Positions 61,076-64,000 of a stretch of DNA of 64,000 bases are shown here, one piece after another. The stretch is taken from assembly GCF_023055435.1 (NCBI RefSeq), contig NW_025963791.1:37386001-37450000 (forward strand). Direction: 5' to 3'. Each line of letters starts with the position of its first letter. Within the stretch, counting starts at the first letter, position 1. Source of the stretch: Haliotis rufescens. Lineage: Eukaryota. Both the position numbers and the translations under genes were made by a program. The notes below the pieces were generated by a model. That model had not been told where the DNA came from. It made no database searches and was given only the letters and a program-made list of their open reading frames with translations.

Positions 61076-64000
61076 TAGTAGTTTGTTTTTGTTTGTTGTT
61101 TAAAGCCGAACTCAACAGAAGACCTATTCTACCCCGAATCCTCATGGGTGCCAAGCACATATAACTCTAGTGATTAAAAGAGTCAGTATTAAAGCCACTA
61201 TTCCAGAAAGACGACCCTGGTGGACACAAAGAATGGATTCTGCACGTCATAACTGTTAGTGGAATCCAACCCAGGACTTCACTGCGATCAGTGACCACTC
61301 AAGTTTGACCTAGGTTCCCCAACACTCTGCAGACAAAATCTATTCAGCTCACATGGCATGGCAACATTTAGGACATCTGACTGTAAACAATGATTAAGTT
61401 GTATTTCGATTACCATACACAGAAAGGTCCTTACATCCAATTTGCAAGAAGAATAAAAATATTTAAAAAACCCTTTTATTTTACAAAATGTTCTTGAAGC
61501 ATAAATATTTATGATTGTTCATCATTACCATTTTGTCAACTTGAACATATTGAAGAGGGAAGATGTGGGTAAATAGTAGCCAACTGTGGCCAAGCAGAGG
61601 CCAGCCTGGGGACATCAGGCCCTGTCATCATCTTCTTTGTTGTGACACTCGGCCACAGTGACTAACATCCTCATCAATTACCCTGACATAAGTACTACCA
61701 TCCATAAAGATTATCATCTACACATTCTCCGAATAGTCAGGGCAGGTGCTTCAAGATCATATTGCTCAAAGTGTTAGAGAGTAGGGAATCTGGGGGTCAT
61801 CAAGCTTTTCTACAATACTAGGATTGAGATACCCCTAAACTTTCAACCACTGCGCTAATGTATATAAGTTTTGTGGTTTTGTCGGGCCAGAACCTTTGAA
61901 GAAAATATTACCAGTTCATAAAAAGTGTATGAGACACATTGAGATAATTTAGGAAATTACCTGTTTATTAATATTAGTGTTTGCTCTGGAATCTGATCGG
62001 CCAGTTTCCATCTTGCAGAGAGCCACACATAAGTCAGATGCCTGACATGTACTTCATCACTTGCCACATCACAAGTGACTGTGACCTTTAGTCACCATCC
62101 TCAGCGTCTGCCGATGGGCACAAGATCTACCTGTCACTAAATTCAGATAAATTCCAGCCAGACTGGAAAGTCAAATAAATTGCCAATCTGGTTAAATAGT
62201 TGCCAGTCCAGACAATGCTCTCCATACAGGAATTCAACAGTCTTGCATTGCAATATACACAATGTGTGTCAGTATGGCTTTATGCTGCTTTAGCAATATT
62301 CCAGCAATATCACGGCTGGGGACACGGGAAAATGGGCTTCACACATTGTATCCAAATCTTTGGCATGATGAGCCAGCGCTTTACCCACTAGGCTATCCCG
62401 CCCCCAATATTCATTATCCTAACCAACATTTGTCATACCCTGTTCAAAGCCCAAGCTTTTCTTCTAGCATGCTGTGATTGGATGATTTCTGCAATATATC
62501 AATTTTGGGTCACTATCTAAATGCCACTCACGATATAAGTTCATATCCTATATTCTATTAACTAAATCTTCATAGATGTACAGGTCTTATAATCAAATAT
62601 GGCTTCATTATGTGAAACCCTTTAAAAAATATAATTGTGTACATTCTGTTATTGGGGGATACTCCTGTTAGTATGCAATACTCAATTTGATGTAAGCAAC
62701 ATCAGGTTTCCCTTCATGCCTTGAATCAATAATGACCCAAATCAGTAGCTAGATTCAACAGTGAGTGAGTGAGTTTGGTTTAACGCTACTTTGAACTAGG
62801 TCACGATACGATATATACCTCAAAATTCTGATCCAGAACCGATACAATGCAATGATATAATAACTCCAGTACTCCAGCTTTTATCAAGTTTCAAGACTTC
62901 AAGCATTTCAAGATTGGACCTTTCATGATTTTACATTTTACATTACATTTTTAATTAGCTCAAGTTTTAAAATGACACGATGCTTTTCTCCATCTTAAAA
63001 AAACAATATCAGGTGATCACTGCAAGTAAGTAAGTAAGTTTTGGGAGCCATGCATTACCACGCGATATAACCGAGTTTGCTCTATATAGAAAGGCACAAT
63101 AGACAGGGAACACTGTACTTAAGATTTGCGTTCTGTATTGTGGCGTATCGATAAATAGGCCCACATTGATCGTGTATCGTATCGTGGGTCATATATCGCG
63201 ATGCATTGGAATATCGATATATTGTTTCACCCTTACTCTGAATGGTGATTCCAAATTTCGCAGACACCCCAGTTTGCAGACAGCTTAAACAAACAAAAGA
63301 CAAGGTTGAGTGCACAACATAAAACATTGCGAGTTTAATTCAAACCGAGTATATAGCAATATCCCTGCAATGTCATGGCAGGAGACACCAGAAATTGGCT
63401 TCACACATTTTATCCATATGGGGAATCAAACCCAGGTCTCCGGTCTGACTTGTAACAACTCACTGATTTTTAATATCCTACACAAAACCAGAACTGCTTT
63501 GTTCTAGCTGTATCTGAGATTCATGTACATATATAAGATAGCTACGCCATAAGTCGCAAAGAACAATGAAGAACAAAGCATGGTTTATTTCACGACAAAA
63601 CATTGTTCTATCATGACATCATTTCTGGATATTCGAACACGCGCTTGCAAAGTAAGGATAAGAATTTATGGATGCGCTTGCAAATTGATGATGTTTTAAA
63701 TTGGAAGATGTTATTTTTTAGCGGGATATGTCTACTGAGATGTTCGCCATAGATGTAGCAGGGCACCAAAGATGATGCAATGGCTGAATGATCACATCCA
63801 AATGTGGGACAGATATGATAATCTGTTTTGGAAGAAAAGGTTCACAGAATGGACGTGATAATTGTGAGAATATCCGGGAAATACCAAACGTAACCCCCCT
63901 GTCCATGGAATGGACTTGTCCACCATGGCCCTGAATTGTATTCAGGGAGTCATCATTATTTAAATAGAAGTAAATATTTTTCGAGCTTATACATTTTATT

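Overview
Repeat-rich eukaryotic (invertebrate) genomic DNA; the SINE and helentron-like repeat types suggest a mollusc, possibly a gastropod (inference). The window is dominated by one large minus-strand intron-containing gene. I reconstructed 32 coding exons by hand (46432 down to 871, about 1417 aa, all GT-AG and phase-consistent, 3' end outside the window). It encodes a secreted or cell-surface protein: signal peptide-Ig-(DB-FN3)x4-Ig-Ig-DB-FN3-FN3..., the Ig/FN3/DB-module family typified by C. elegans IGDB proteins. Almost all long ORFs in the supplied track are artefacts of tandem repeats. The introns hold about 25 unrelated minisatellites, four SINE-like families with related 3' tails, several TA- and 8-bp-TSD MITEs, a long-TIR foldback element, two helentron/HINE-like elements, a Gypsy gag relic and a 192-N gap. 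The most striking pattern is that many minisatellites are seeded on splice junctions. Five exon donors sit inside tandem duplications, including a 33-bp, stop-free, in-frame array of about 28 splice donors behind one DB exon.
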